Below, piece by piece: positions 56,304 to 63,914 of a stretch of 64,000 nucleotides of DNA. The position numbers and the translations under genes are program-made. Source of the stretch: a virus. Numbering within the stretch: the first letter of the stretch is position 1; every line of letters begins with the position of its first letter. The DNA is taken from positions 1 to 64,000 of IMG/VR virus record IMGVR_UViG_3300017917_002938; one strand, given 5' to 3'. Below the pieces are notes generated by a model. That model did no database searches, was not told the DNA's origin, and saw only the letters and a list, made by a program, of their open reading frames with translations.

Positions 56304-56756
56304 TTAAAATGCAAATTTGACACCAGCATTTACTGAGCTACCATCAAAGCTGTCGATGCGAGATTGTCCTAGTTGATAGCGATAATCTGCTGTTAAAGCT
56401 ACTGATTTAGTAATTGAATAGCTTGCGCCAGCACCTACTAGCCAAGCATACCCATCAGAGCCTGTGCGGTTATTAATAAAACCTGCACCTCCCTTTGCGG
56501 TAAGTACGATAGGTCCTACTTTGGTAATATCTACAGTACCTAGAACGGAATATCGTTCTTGTTCGATACCACTGTTGCGAAATTGATCGTAAGCGAGCTC
56601 GAACCCAGTATCACCACTTTTCTTTCCGAGGGTAATACCAACAGATGATCTATCGGTTCCTGCGAAACGTTCTCCTCCGTTAATTCCTAGCTCGAATGCT
56701 GAAGCGGCCGTAGCGCTCAAAAACAAAATAGAAAAAATAGCCGTTTTAAACTTCAT
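56304..56756 (-). CDS. Outer-membrane beta-barrel protein (OmpA-TM/Ail/Lom-like, about 8 strands)
   Basis: Signal peptide MKFKTAIFSILFLSATAASA, alternating strands VGAGASYSIT..VALTADYRY, and terminal GVKFAF. The track's longer start overlaps the tmRNA. Confidence 0.85.
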   Translation of the reverse strand: MKFKTAIFSILFLSATAASAFELGINGGERFAGTDRSSVGITLGKKSGDTGFELAYDQFRNSGIEQERYSVLGTVDITKVGPIVLTAKGGAGFINNRTGSDGYAWLVGAGASYSITKSVALTADYRYQLGQSRIDSFDGSSVNAGVKFAF

Positions 56757-56779
56757 GAATAGCCTTTCAATGTTATGAT

Positions 56780-56822
56780 AAAAAGAGAAGTTTTTATTCT
56801 GTTGCCAAGTCAAAAACCTCTC
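56780..56822 (-). terminator. Hairpin + U-tract ending the tmRNA coding piece
   Basis: GAGAGGTTTTT..GCAA..AAAAACTTCTC followed by TTTTT. Confidence 0.55.
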
Positions 56823-57095
56823 CACAAAAAACTCCGGTCAGCGGTTAGGCTGCCAGTGCAAATCTTTCATCGTTTGCGTTTACTTTTTTTGCTTGATTTA
56901 CGGTCATCGCCTACCGTGTTGCCGTCTCTACTATCTACCCCTGTCGAAACCATGACTGGCCCATTAGAAAGAACTCTTTAGTATAGTCTGTAGCACTTGT
57001 CTGTCTCTATACAGGATGAAGAATTCTTTCTGGTGGACCAGGCGGGAGTCGAACCCGCGTCCAGAAGTCCTTCGCTTTGAAGGGATCACAACAAT
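56780..57095 (-). ncRNA. ssrA: Circularly permuted two-piece tmRNA
   Basis: Acceptor piece about 57095-57031 (GCGGGTTCGACTCCCGC CTGGTCC ACCA), spacer 57030-56963, coding piece from 56962 (GGGCCAGTCATGGTTTCGAC). G3-U70 and A73 present. Tag ANDERFALAA* at 56877-56845. Outer ends approximate. Confidence 0.92.
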
Positions 57096-57098
57096 TCT

Positions 57099-57308
57099 TT
57101 ACTTAGGTGCGCCGGTTGGCTCGGCCTTCTTGTGTGTTTTGATCTTCTTACACTCTTGAACTTTTTTCCCGTCCTTGCCTACGACAGGCTTACCATCTTT
57201 ACCTACTTTATCATGACATACTTCTTTAACTACTGCTTCTGCATGCACTGGTGCAATAGAAGTAACTAAAAATAGTGATAATGCAATGGTTGACAATTGT
57301 TTTAACAT
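57099..57308 (-). CDS. Small secreted Lys-rich protein with two Cys
   Basis: SD AGGAG, signal peptide ending VHA, repeated VGKDGK between two Cys. Confidence 0.75.
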   Translation of the reverse strand: MLKQLSTIALSLFLVTSIAPVHAEAVVKEVCHDKVGKDGKPVVGKDGKKVQECKKIKTHKKAEPTGAPK

Positions 57309-57345
57309 GTTATCTCCTGTTTAATACCGTTCTATACGGTAAGCT

Positions 57346-57353
57346 TATTTATC
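57346..57353 (-). promoter_or_regulatory. Late promoter-like GATAAATA upstream of the 69-aa gene and tmRNA
   Basis: ATAAATA core immediately after the DUF932 hairpin. Confidence 0.5.
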
Positions 57354-57357
57354 AGCA

Positions 57358-57384
57358 AGAGAACCGAGTCTCCCCGGTTCTCTC
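57358..57384 (-). terminator. Hairpin after the DUF932 gene
   Basis: AGAGAACCG...CGGTTCTCT inverted repeat just after the stop codon. Confidence 0.6.
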
Positions 57385-57391
57385 TAAGCTA

Positions 57392-58327
57392 TCAGGCTGC
57401 TTCAGCGTATTCTACTGCCTTCTCAAGTGCCTTTACCTTCAATGTCTTGTTAGGACCGTACCAGGCAGATGTCAGACGAGTGTCTGCTGAACGTCCTACC
57501 AGATGGTCAGTCAGAAACGTTACTGCATTGAACGGCTGCCACCAAGTTCCTTCGGCGTACTTAGCCCCAGGCTGTCTTTCAATCAAGTCCAATGCCTTGA
57601 TAGCATTACGAGAAAGTTCTTTGTTCTCTTTACCTGACAATGATGGGAATACTTCCATGAAATACTCTTTCACTTTGTCTTGCTTAAAGCGCTTCGATCC
57701 AAGGAATTGAGCCATCTCTTTGTACTTGGCTAGCTTATGTGTAGCGATGCCAAGCTGTTCCTTTACTTTAGTAGCATCAAAGGCAGTACGGTGAGATACC
57801 TTAACCATATTGTCATTCTTTGACGCAAGACTCAAAGTAAGCGTATTGTTGCAAACAACTCGAACTGGAGTAAAGCGAACATCGATAGATTGACCAAACT
57901 TATGAGGATTAGTAAAAAGTAGATATGAGTCCACTTGATCACCCTTGAACAGTTCAAATGAGTCTTTGACCTTAGCAAGAGCCCACACAATCTGACCACC
58001 CTTAAGCGAACCAGCTGTATGCATTTCAAGATCACCTGTACGGCAATATTCATCGAAGAATTCGAATGCTTCAGCGTTTTGAACTGGGTTCCAGTCACTG
58101 GAGACAACGTCAAGGATTTTGTCATCAGAGTCTCGAACTAGTGCAGACCAACCTACGTTAACACTTCGTCCTGCCACCTCTGCGAACGCTGGTGCTTTGG
58201 TAACTTGCCAGTCCAGCTTGGCTTTTCGTAACATCTGTTCTGGAGATAGATCTGCGGGTACTTTTTCACCCAGACCGTGCCAAGGTACTTCTCCTGCGTA
58301 AGCCATCGTTTCGATTAAATGAGCCAT
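57392..58327 (-). CDS. DUF932 family protein
   Basis: MAYAGEVPWHGLG, PVQNAEAFEFF, TAGSLKGG..VWALA, TPVRVVCNNTL, WWQPFNAVT..DH. Confidence 0.9.
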   Translation of the reverse strand: MAHLIETMAYAGEVPWHGLGEKVPADLSPEQMLRKAKLDWQVTKAPAFAEVAGRSVNVGWSALVRDSDDKILDVVSSDWNPVQNAEAFEFFDEYCRTGDLEMHTAGSLKGGQIVWALAKVKDSFELFKGDQVDSYLLFTNPHKFGQSIDVRFTPVRVVCNNTLTLSLASKNDNMVKVSHRTAFDATKVKEQLGIATHKLAKYKEMAQFLGSKRFKQDKVKEYFMEVFPSLSGKENKELSRNAIKALDLIERQPGAKYAEGTWWQPFNAVTFLTDHLVGRSADTRLTSAWYGPNKTLKVKALEKAVEYAEAA

Positions 58328-58358
58328 TTTAACTTCCTTTCACGTTGAACATATTTAT

Positions 58359-58387
58359 ATTGTATTCGCGGGACGAAAATAAATCAA
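58359..58387 (-). promoter_or_regulatory. Sigma70-like early promoter TTGATT-N17-TACAAT, with TATAAATA at 58352-58359
   Basis: Read directly upstream of the DUF932 gene. Confidence 0.75.
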
Positions 58388-58468
58388 GCGTTTTGTATGA
58401 ATGTCAAAAGCTGACTTAGTAGGTGTGGTTTATACACAAACGTAGCTATGACGAAGCCTGCGATAAAG

Positions 58469-58900
58469 TTAATCATTATAAGCCTCCTCTTCCTCTTCGT
58501 AGTCATATTCTGGATCAGTCTCGATCAAGAGATGACCAATACGAATGATACCGTCCCAGTCACGATTTAACTCTGCTCTTCCTCCAGACGTAGAGAATGG
58601 ATGTTCAAACTCAACTATAGTGCCACCGTCAAGGAAGTTACTTGGGCATGTCTGATCAATATCTTCAAGACGAATACAACCTATCAAGCCTGCATCTACG
58701 CTGTAGCGGTTACCTTTCTGGTCTCGGTATTCACCATCACCCCATTTAGTACCGAAGGTAGCAAAACGGCGACCGTCTTTCAAATTGAACTCACCATCTA
58801 GACATTGGTGTCCTTTAATCGTAAGGTCGCAGAACTCATCCCATTCATTATGCATGACGTAACACAGATCTCCGACATAGTACTTACCTGCAGGCATCAT
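58469..58900 (-). CDS. Conserved phage hypothetical protein
   Basis: SD AAGGAG before the ATG at 58900. YYVGDLCYV..TKWGDGEY..VDAGLIGCI motif. Confidence 0.8.
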   Translation of the reverse strand: MMPAGKYYVGDLCYVMHNEWDEFCDLTIKGHQCLDGEFNLKDGRRFATFGTKWGDGEYRDQKGNRYSVDAGLIGCIRLEDIDQTCPSNFLDGGTIVEFEHPFSTSGGRAELNRDWDGIIRIGHLLIETDPEYDYEEEEEAYND

Positions 58901-58932
58901 ATCAAATCTCCTTTTCAACAATTGATATATTA

Positions 58933-58961
58933 ATTATAGCGCGCTCGCGTAATTAAATCAA
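58933..58961 (-). promoter_or_regulatory. Sigma70-like early promoter TTGATT-N17-TATAAT
   Basis: Read directly. 17-nt spacer. Confidence 0.8.
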
Positions 58962-58986
58962 CTGTTTTAGAAGTAACTATTTTTAG

Positions 58987-59598
58987 TTAAACCACGAATT
59001 CTGTGGTGTCGTTCTCACATGCCCATAGAGTGGCTATAATTTTAGTGCCTTTTATGACTTTTTCACCTGCATGAATAGTCATGTCATTTACTACTTGAAA
59101 AGGATAGTTATATTTGAAGACAAGCATGTCGCCTTTGGAAGGGAGAACTGCAAATTTTAGTTTACTGAATGACGTGGCCCCGCCTTCGTCGGGGGTGCGT
59201 AAGTAAACAATTGCAGTAGCTATACGCTGACCTTCTTTCTTGATGTTGGGGTTTTTTTCAATCACAGATTGATCGTAGAAGTCATAATGATTTTTGTACT
59301 CTTGACCTTCTTCGTATTTTGTGAGAGTAACCCTTTGCATGGTTTTTGTAGGTCTTCCTATAATCTTGGAAAACTTTCTATGCATGTAGTGAGAAATAAA
59401 ATCATTACGGTACATAAAAAAAGAGGAACTAGTTCTCCATGAAGGATCTAATTCACTTTCAGATGTATAGACATTAACTACTTTAGATTGTTTGAAGTAT
59501 TTGTCATACTTCCAGCAAACGAAGTCACAAAAAAAGCCGGAGAACGCTCCCTCGTAGAGCGTTACTTCCGGCATATCGTTCAGTATTTCTTTTTTCAT
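58987..59598 (-). CDS. Prolyl 4-hydroxylase-like 2OG-Fe(II) oxygenase
   Basis: YEEGQEYKNHYDF, GQRIATAIVYL..PDEGGATSF, PSKGDMLVF, HAGEKVIKGTKIIATLW. The track's start lies within a tRNA, so the ATG at 59598 is preferred. Confidence 0.88.
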   Translation of the reverse strand: MKKEILNDMPEVTLYEGAFSGFFCDFVCWKYDKYFKQSKVVNVYTSESELDPSWRTSSSFFMYRNDFISHYMHRKFSKIIGRPTKTMQRVTLTKYEEGQEYKNHYDFYDQSVIEKNPNIKKEGQRIATAIVYLRTPDEGGATSFSKLKFAVLPSKGDMLVFKYNYPFQVVNDMTIHAGEKVIKGTKIIATLWACENDTTEFVV

Positions 59599-59603
59599 GT
59601 TAG

Positions 59604-59678
59604 TGGTGGGCTGACTAGGAATTGAACCTAGACTCAATCGATTATGAGTCGACTGCTTTACCATTAAGCTATCAGCCC
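59604..59678 (-). tRNA. tRNA with CAT anticodon, probably Ile2 (lysidine type)
   Basis: GGGCTGA/TCAGCCC-A-CCA acceptor. The GTCGA-CTCATAA-TCGAT arm resembles Ile2, and initiator features are absent. Confidence 0.88.
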
Positions 59679-60337
59679 GTATTATTTAAAAGTTGATCGG
59701 TAAATTCTAATAGTAATTTATGTTGCCTGCCTTCATGATACAACCCTCTCATCCAGCTATGAATGGTGTACCAGTAACGTTGACTTTCTGGATGACAACC
59801 TATAAGGCCGATGTTGTTTTGAATTGCTGCCATAACATCACCATTCTTATACCTGGCAACAGTTTTAAACATGCTTTCGTTTCCTACTATAGCACAACCG
59901 TCAAAAAAGAACATCCTTTCTTTGTTACCGTTCCATTCAACTTCTATATTTTTTGCATGAGGGCGTCTTGTATCAGTTCCTGGTCTCCGTATATATTGAA
60001 CAGTATCGGCTTCTTTTAGTATATTAAAATAGTGCTTACCGGCCCAATATGCTCCCATACAAATGCCAAGGTACTTGCCTCCTCCGTTTACAAATTTCAT
60101 TACGTGATCGTGATTTTCTCTCATCAAGTAATCAAACGAATCGGAGGATCCTTCCCCTCCAGGAAAAATCACTACATCAACGTCATCAAAAAAATCATCC
60201 TCAACTTGATGTCGAGTAAATATTTTAAATTTGTAGTGTGGTGTAAGTGATTCTATTGTTCCGTTAACGCATTGTATGGAACACTTTGGATGATGTAAAA
60301 ATATTGCTGCCGTTGTGTGCTTGTATGTCAAAGACAT
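59672..60337 (-). CDS. Class I glutamine amidotransferase-like (BPL_N-type) protein
   Basis: [19 protein letters not shown] (nucleophile elbow), GCHPE. Confidence 0.82.
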   Translation of the reverse strand: MSLTYKHTTAAIFLHHPKCSIQCVNGTIESLTPHYKFKIFTRHQVEDDFFDDVDVVIFPGGEGSSDSFDYLMRENHDHVMKFVNGGGKYLGICMGAYWAGKHYFNILKEADTVQYIRRPGTDTRRPHAKNIEVEWNGNKERMFFFDGCAIVGNESMFKTVARYKNGDVMAAIQNNIGLIGCHPESQRYWYTIHSWMRGLYHEGRQHKLLLEFTDQLLNNTG

Positions 60338-60350
60338 AACCTCGTGTTGT

Positions 60351-60433
60351 TGGTACCCGAGACGGGATTCGAACCCGTACGCTTTTGGCGGGGGATTTTA
60401 AGTCCCCTGTGTCTACCGTTCCACCACCCGGGC
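60351..60433 (-). tRNA. tRNA-Leu(TAA)
   Basis: GGGGA-CTTAAAA-TCCCC arm, long variable arm, encoded CCA. Confidence 0.93.
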
Positions 60434-60438
60434 GACTA

Positions 60439-60657
60439 TTAATTGTTATTTTTCTTTACAAAATCTACAATCTTTTGAGCTTCTGTTAACACTGCCTCTA
60501 CAGTTGGTGGCTCTTCTTGGAAATCGGGACTAATCATTCCTGTCTGAGGGTTGCGAGTGCGTTCCATTTTGGAATAAAAAGACTGGTTTACTTGATCACG
60601 TGCAAGTTCTACCGCACGCACTACAAAATTAGACTCATTAGATTGATTGATAATCAT
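60439..60657 (-). CDS. Hypothetical protein
   Basis: SD AGGAG. C-terminal PTVEAVLTEAQKIVDFV motif. Confidence 0.75.
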   Translation of the reverse strand: MIINQSNESNFVVRAVELARDQVNQSFYSKMERTRNPQTGMISPDFQEEPPTVEAVLTEAQKIVDFVKKNNN

Positions 60658-60668
60658 TATAACTCCTA

Positions 60669-61325
60669 TTAACGAATTGTATATTGTCCGACAACTGCAC
60701 CAGGTTTTTGTAGTGTAGCATCGCGACGCTTCTTGTATTCCTCGTTGTCCACTTCAAGCAATTCAATTACACCATCAGAAGCACGAGACTGTTTATCTAG
60801 CTCTTTAAATTTCTTCTCTCTCAGCTCATTTCTAGAATTATTGTCAACGAGACGGCGGCTTTCATCGAGGGGGAGAGATAGGAGTACAAAAGCTCTATAA
60901 CCGTCTTTTTCTTTCGTTAGGAAAAGCTTTTCGCGTTTATACATTGAGAGTGATTGCTTAGTAACAATTTTAGAAACACGATCTACTTCCCTATCAATAC
61001 TTTTCATATCAGCAGTACCCTGTTCGTTTACTGACTCACGAATCATAGATTCTACTACTACGTTAACGCGATTGGCTAGTTCGACCCTGGCATTCATCAT
61101 TGCTTTGTCGATAGCAAATTGCATGTGTTTAGATACATCGGTTGCACTAACGTAGATCATTTTATCCGTAGTTAACGAGTCGTTGGTGTACCAATCAGGT
61201 ACCTCTCCTTTGAACTCAGCTACCGCTACCGTTTTTACTCCATCGGTAGTATTAGTTTTAAACGCTGAACATCCAGTCTCAAGAATACCAGCTGCGCACA
61301 GCAATAAAATTGTTAACATTCTCAT
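60669..61325 (-). CDS. Lipoprotein (LPP20-like)
   Basis: Signal peptide with lipobox-like TGC, VPDWY, AIDKAMMNARVELA. Confidence 0.75.
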   Translation of the reverse strand: MRMLTILLLCAAGILETGCSAFKTNTTDGVKTVAVAEFKGEVPDWYTNDSLTTDKMIYVSATDVSKHMQFAIDKAMMNARVELANRVNVVVESMIRESVNEQGTADMKSIDREVDRVSKIVTKQSLSMYKREKLFLTKEKDGYRAFVLLSLPLDESRRLVDNNSRNELREKKFKELDKQSRASDGVIELLEVDNEEYKKRRDATLQKPGAVVGQYTIR

Positions 61326-61334
61326 TTCACATCC

Positions 61335-62054
61335 TCATAGTCTAAAAATAGAATAATCCTTATAAACAACTCTTCGAGAGTACACCGGTAGAGTTTTAAT
61401 AAGCTCGTCCAAATGCTTCTTACTGATGTTATCGTAGTCGAAATTAAGCTTGGTCGACGTAAAAATAAACACCAATGTCTCTTTAGAGAAGTTAACGCCG
61501 TCTTTTAGTTTTGCTTCAATATGAATCGAGTTCAATTTATAAAAGTCGGAAGGAAAAATAAACTTACCGTTCACTACTCTATCCATATTATATTGAAGCG
61601 GATGAATTAAATCAACCCCATCTTTATAAACAGCAAAGACGTACATATGAACGGGTTGACGAGCATTAACGGTATACTCTACTATGTCACCGTTTTTAAA
61701 TTCACTCTTACCGTTTACTGTTACGTAGATTGATGCTGGATTATTTACTAAAACTTTCACTTCAGAATGACATATACCATTCCGTATGATTGTCTTTGAG
61801 GAAATTACTTTATTAATTTGACCCGCAGCATATGTCTCTGATTCTTTTTGATACTGACATGATGGGTCTTTGTTTTTAGTGTCTGCACAAACGTACGTTT
61901 CCACAGATTCAATAAGCATTCCGTTAGCTTGTTTAAGAGCGTGTTCAAATGCTTTTGACTCTGCAATTGCACAATTGTTATGTTCTCCCTTACCGTCATA
62001 TACCTGAGCGGTTACGACAGAAGGGAGAAGCAATGCTAGAAGTAATTTTTTCAT
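61335..62054 (-). CDS. Secreted protein, probable C-terminal DUF4384-like domain
   Basis: Signal peptide MKKLLLALLLPSVVTA. Contains GDIVEYTV..HMYVF..LIHP. Confidence 0.65.
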   Translation of the reverse strand: MKKLLLALLLPSVVTAQVYDGKGEHNNCAIAESKAFEHALKQANGMLIESVETYVCADTKNKDPSCQYQKESETYAAGQINKVISSKTIIRNGICHSEVKVLVNNPASIYVTVNGKSEFKNGDIVEYTVNARQPVHMYVFAVYKDGVDLIHPLQYNMDRVVNGKFIFPSDFYKLNSIHIEAKLKDGVNFSKETLVFIFTSTKLNFDYDNISKKHLDELIKTLPVYSRRVVYKDYSIFRL

Positions 62055-62060
62055 ACTAGT

Positions 62061-62089
62061 ATTGTAACGAAAATGAAAAAATAAAGCAA
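62061..62089 (-). promoter_or_regulatory. Sigma70-like promoter TTGCTT-N17-TACAAT (probably leaderless transcript)
   Basis: The -10 element ends 6 nt before the ATG at 62054. No SD. Confidence 0.7.
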
Positions 62090-62101
62090 CTAGTTTATGT
62101 C

Positions 62102-62176
62102 TGGCCCGGCGTGAGGGAATCGAACCCCCATTCGCACTTTAGAAGAATGCTGTCCTATCCATTGAACGAACGCCAG
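62102..62176 (-). tRNA. tRNA-Arg(TCT)
   Basis: GCATT-CTTCTAA-AGTGC arm, GGTTCGATTCC, CCA. Confidence 0.92.
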
Positions 62177-62185
62177 GTATTGTTA

Positions 62186-62656
62186 TTATGCTGCTTTCAG
62201 AGATTTAAATCTATCGGCTGCATATGAGGCTGCGAAAGCTTCTGGTTTAACCAAAGGTACAACATTACATGTACCACGAATGTATCCAATAGCTTCATTC
62301 ACCACGCATGATGATCCGTGCATTTCGTTAGGGTTGATGTCAAGATGAACTTGAACATCTCTGCCTTCTAGTACATCAGCAAGCTTCAAATACAATTCAC
62401 TAACCTTATACACCTCATTCATTAGACGGTAACGTGGGCGATTAAACTTTTGATCGTAGTCACGTTCTTTTTGAATTTCACCAAATAGTTTACAACCGTT
62501 ATTACCGTTGATGTGAACGACAATAGCTAGAATGTAATCCGCCCACCATTCCTTACCAACTTTATATCTCTCAGAGTCACAACCAATATAGATTTTTGTT
62601 TCTGGAGATTGCGCCTGAATGAATTCTTTTACTTCTTCTAGATCAAGCTTACGCAT
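62186..62656 (-). CDS. RNase H-like YkuK (DUF458) family protein
   Basis: IYIGCDS, RLMNEV, VHLDIN, KPEAFAASYAADR. Confidence 0.88.
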   Translation of the reverse strand: MRKLDLEEVKEFIQAQSPETKIYIGCDSERYKVGKEWWADYILAIVVHINGNNGCKLFGEIQKERDYDQKFNRPRYRLMNEVYKVSELYLKLADVLEGRDVQVHLDINPNEMHGSSCVVNEAIGYIRGTCNVVPLVKPEAFAASYAADRFKSLKAA

Positions 62657-62671
62657 AGTACTACCTTTCTA

Positions 62672-62745
62672 TGGCACCCCGAGAGGGATTCGAACCCCCA
62701 CCAACGGTTTTGGAGACCGCAATGCTGCCGTTACACCATCGAGAT
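62672..62745 (-). tRNA. tRNA-Trp(CCA)
   Basis: GCGGT-CTCCAAA-ACCGT arm, G73, CCA. Confidence 0.92.
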
Positions 62746-62762
62746 ACGTTTTTTATTTAGGG

Positions 62763-63016
62763 TGAGGATATGAGTTTGATCCGGCAACGAAGCCGCTTAG
62801 CAATATGCAATTAGCAATATGCAATAAGCAGACCACAAAGCATAGGATTCCGTTTATCAACAAGCAGCGACTTTCGTCTTGTATGGAACGGAGCAACAAG
62901 CATGGGTTGGTCGGGATTGATCGGATTCGGGTTAACAAGGCCCAAACCTAGCTAGTAAGACATTTCAAGTGTCAACTAGATTGCAACAACGCCCCCTTCA
63001 CTCCCCCATACCCTCA
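62763..63016 (-). ncRNA. Candidate structured ncRNA (about 250 nt)
   Basis: A 12-bp closing helix TGAGGGTATGGG/CTCATATCCTCA (with G-U pairs on the minus strand), several internal hairpins including GAC-GAAA-GTC, and repeated (G)CTTGTT/ATTGC motifs. Confidence 0.65.
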
Positions 63017-63021
63017 AAACT

Positions 63022-63603
63022 TTATAGAATACCTTCCGCTTTAAGAGTCTGAACGGTTAGTTCAGACAATGTAATCAAGGTATTGACATTGAGTTGTAAG
63101 AGTTTATCTTGCAGCTCTTGACGATCACGCTTGAGGTTTCTAACTGCATTTTTTGCAGCGTCAATATCTGATTGCAACACTACGCTGGTTTCAACGTTGT
63201 TAAAACGGTCACCGTAAATGGATGCACGCGCAGAATCGGAAGGTTGTTCTTTGAACTTTTGAATTCGTGCACTGATTTCAATCTGACTCTTACGAGGTTT
63301 GAGACCTGCAATCACACTATGTACGGCCATAGAAGCGTCTGTAGCTTCTACTTCTGCTAAGATAGTGTTAATGTCAGCATCAGCATTAGCCTTACCTACG
63401 CGTTTACGAATGTCGTACATTGCGTTGATAAGTGATAGTTTACGAGTAACTGTATCGTTTAACTCTGCACGGTTTTTGGTAAGAGTATCTTCTACCCCAT
63501 CTGTAAACTCAGATACCTGAGTCTCAGATTCAAATTTTATTCCGTTAATAGTTTTACGAATCTCGGCTTGAATTGCATTAGCTTTACGTAGATTAACTTG
63601 CAT
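63022..63603 (-). CDS. Long coiled-coil protein (tentatively DIP1984/DUF6847-like)
   Basis: SD GAAAGGA before the ATG at 63603. MQVNLRKANAIQAEI...LQDKLLQLNVNTLITL. Confidence 0.75.
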   Translation of the reverse strand: MQVNLRKANAIQAEIRKTINGIKFESETQVSEFTDGVEDTLTKNRAELNDTVTRKLSLINAMYDIRKRVGKANADADINTILAEVEATDASMAVHSVIAGLKPRKSQIEISARIQKFKEQPSDSARASIYGDRFNNVETSVVLQSDIDAAKNAVRNLKRDRQELQDKLLQLNVNTLITLSELTVQTLKAEGIL

Positions 63604-63628
63604 GTTATTTCCTTTCAATCAATAATGT

Positions 63629-63657
63629 ATTCTATATGAATTTTTTAATAAGATCAA
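63629..63657 (-). promoter_or_regulatory. Sigma70-like early promoter TTGATC-N17-TAGAAT
   Basis: Read directly. Same architecture as three others in the region. Confidence 0.7.
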
Positions 63658-63659
63658 CT

Positions 63660-63735
63660 TGGTGCTGCCTCGTGGGATCGAACCACGTTCCTCGGTTCTT
63701 CAGACCGGTGCTATGACCACATCAGCTAAAGCAGC
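63660..63735 (-). tRNA. tRNA-Phe(GAA)
   Basis: Loop CTGAAGA, acceptor GCTGCTT/AGGCAGC-A-CCA. Confidence 0.9.
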
Positions 63736-63742
63736 ATTAAAT

Positions 63743-63817
63743 TGGTACCTGGTCACGGTTTCGAACCGCGGACCCTCTCCTTGTAAGGGAGACGCTCTAC
63801 CCCTGAGCTAACCAGGC
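63743..63817 (-). tRNA. tRNA-Val(TAC)
   Basis: TCTCC-CTTACAA-GGAGA arm, CCA. Confidence 0.93.
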
Positions 63818-63828
63818 ATAATTCTCTT

Positions 63829-63904
63829 TGGGGTACTATAAGAGGATCGAACTCTTACTATCTCGGTCACAGCGAGAGGTGCAGACCACTACACTAATAG
63901 TACC
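63829..63904 (-). tRNA. tRNA-His(GTG)
   Basis: TCTCG-CTGTGAC-CGAGA arm, G-1:C73 pair, CCA. Confidence 0.92.
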
Positions 63905-63914
63905 CCAAAAAGAA

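Noticed and set aside
56757-56825. N-terminal extension of the beta-barrel ORF, and similar extensions at 58901-58921, 59599-59664 and 63604-63618
   Set aside because: They overlap RNA genes or SD/promoter elements. Downstream ATGs give proper signal peptides or SD spacing.
57031-57065. Truncated tRNA or attP remnant
   Set aside because: It pairs exactly with the GGGCCAG 5' half 68 nt downstream and a tag ORF follows, so it is the acceptor piece of a permuted tmRNA.
59604-59678. Initiator tRNA-fMet
   Set aside because: It has a paired G1-C72 and lacks three consecutive G-C pairs in the anticodon stem.
62797-62830. Possible mini-CRISPR array
   Set aside because: Only a 14-nt direct tandem duplication with no spacers. 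No cas genes in the window.
62753-62938. 61-aa ORF in the track
   Set aside because: TTG start without an SD, no protein-like signature, and it lies within the structured RNA candidate.
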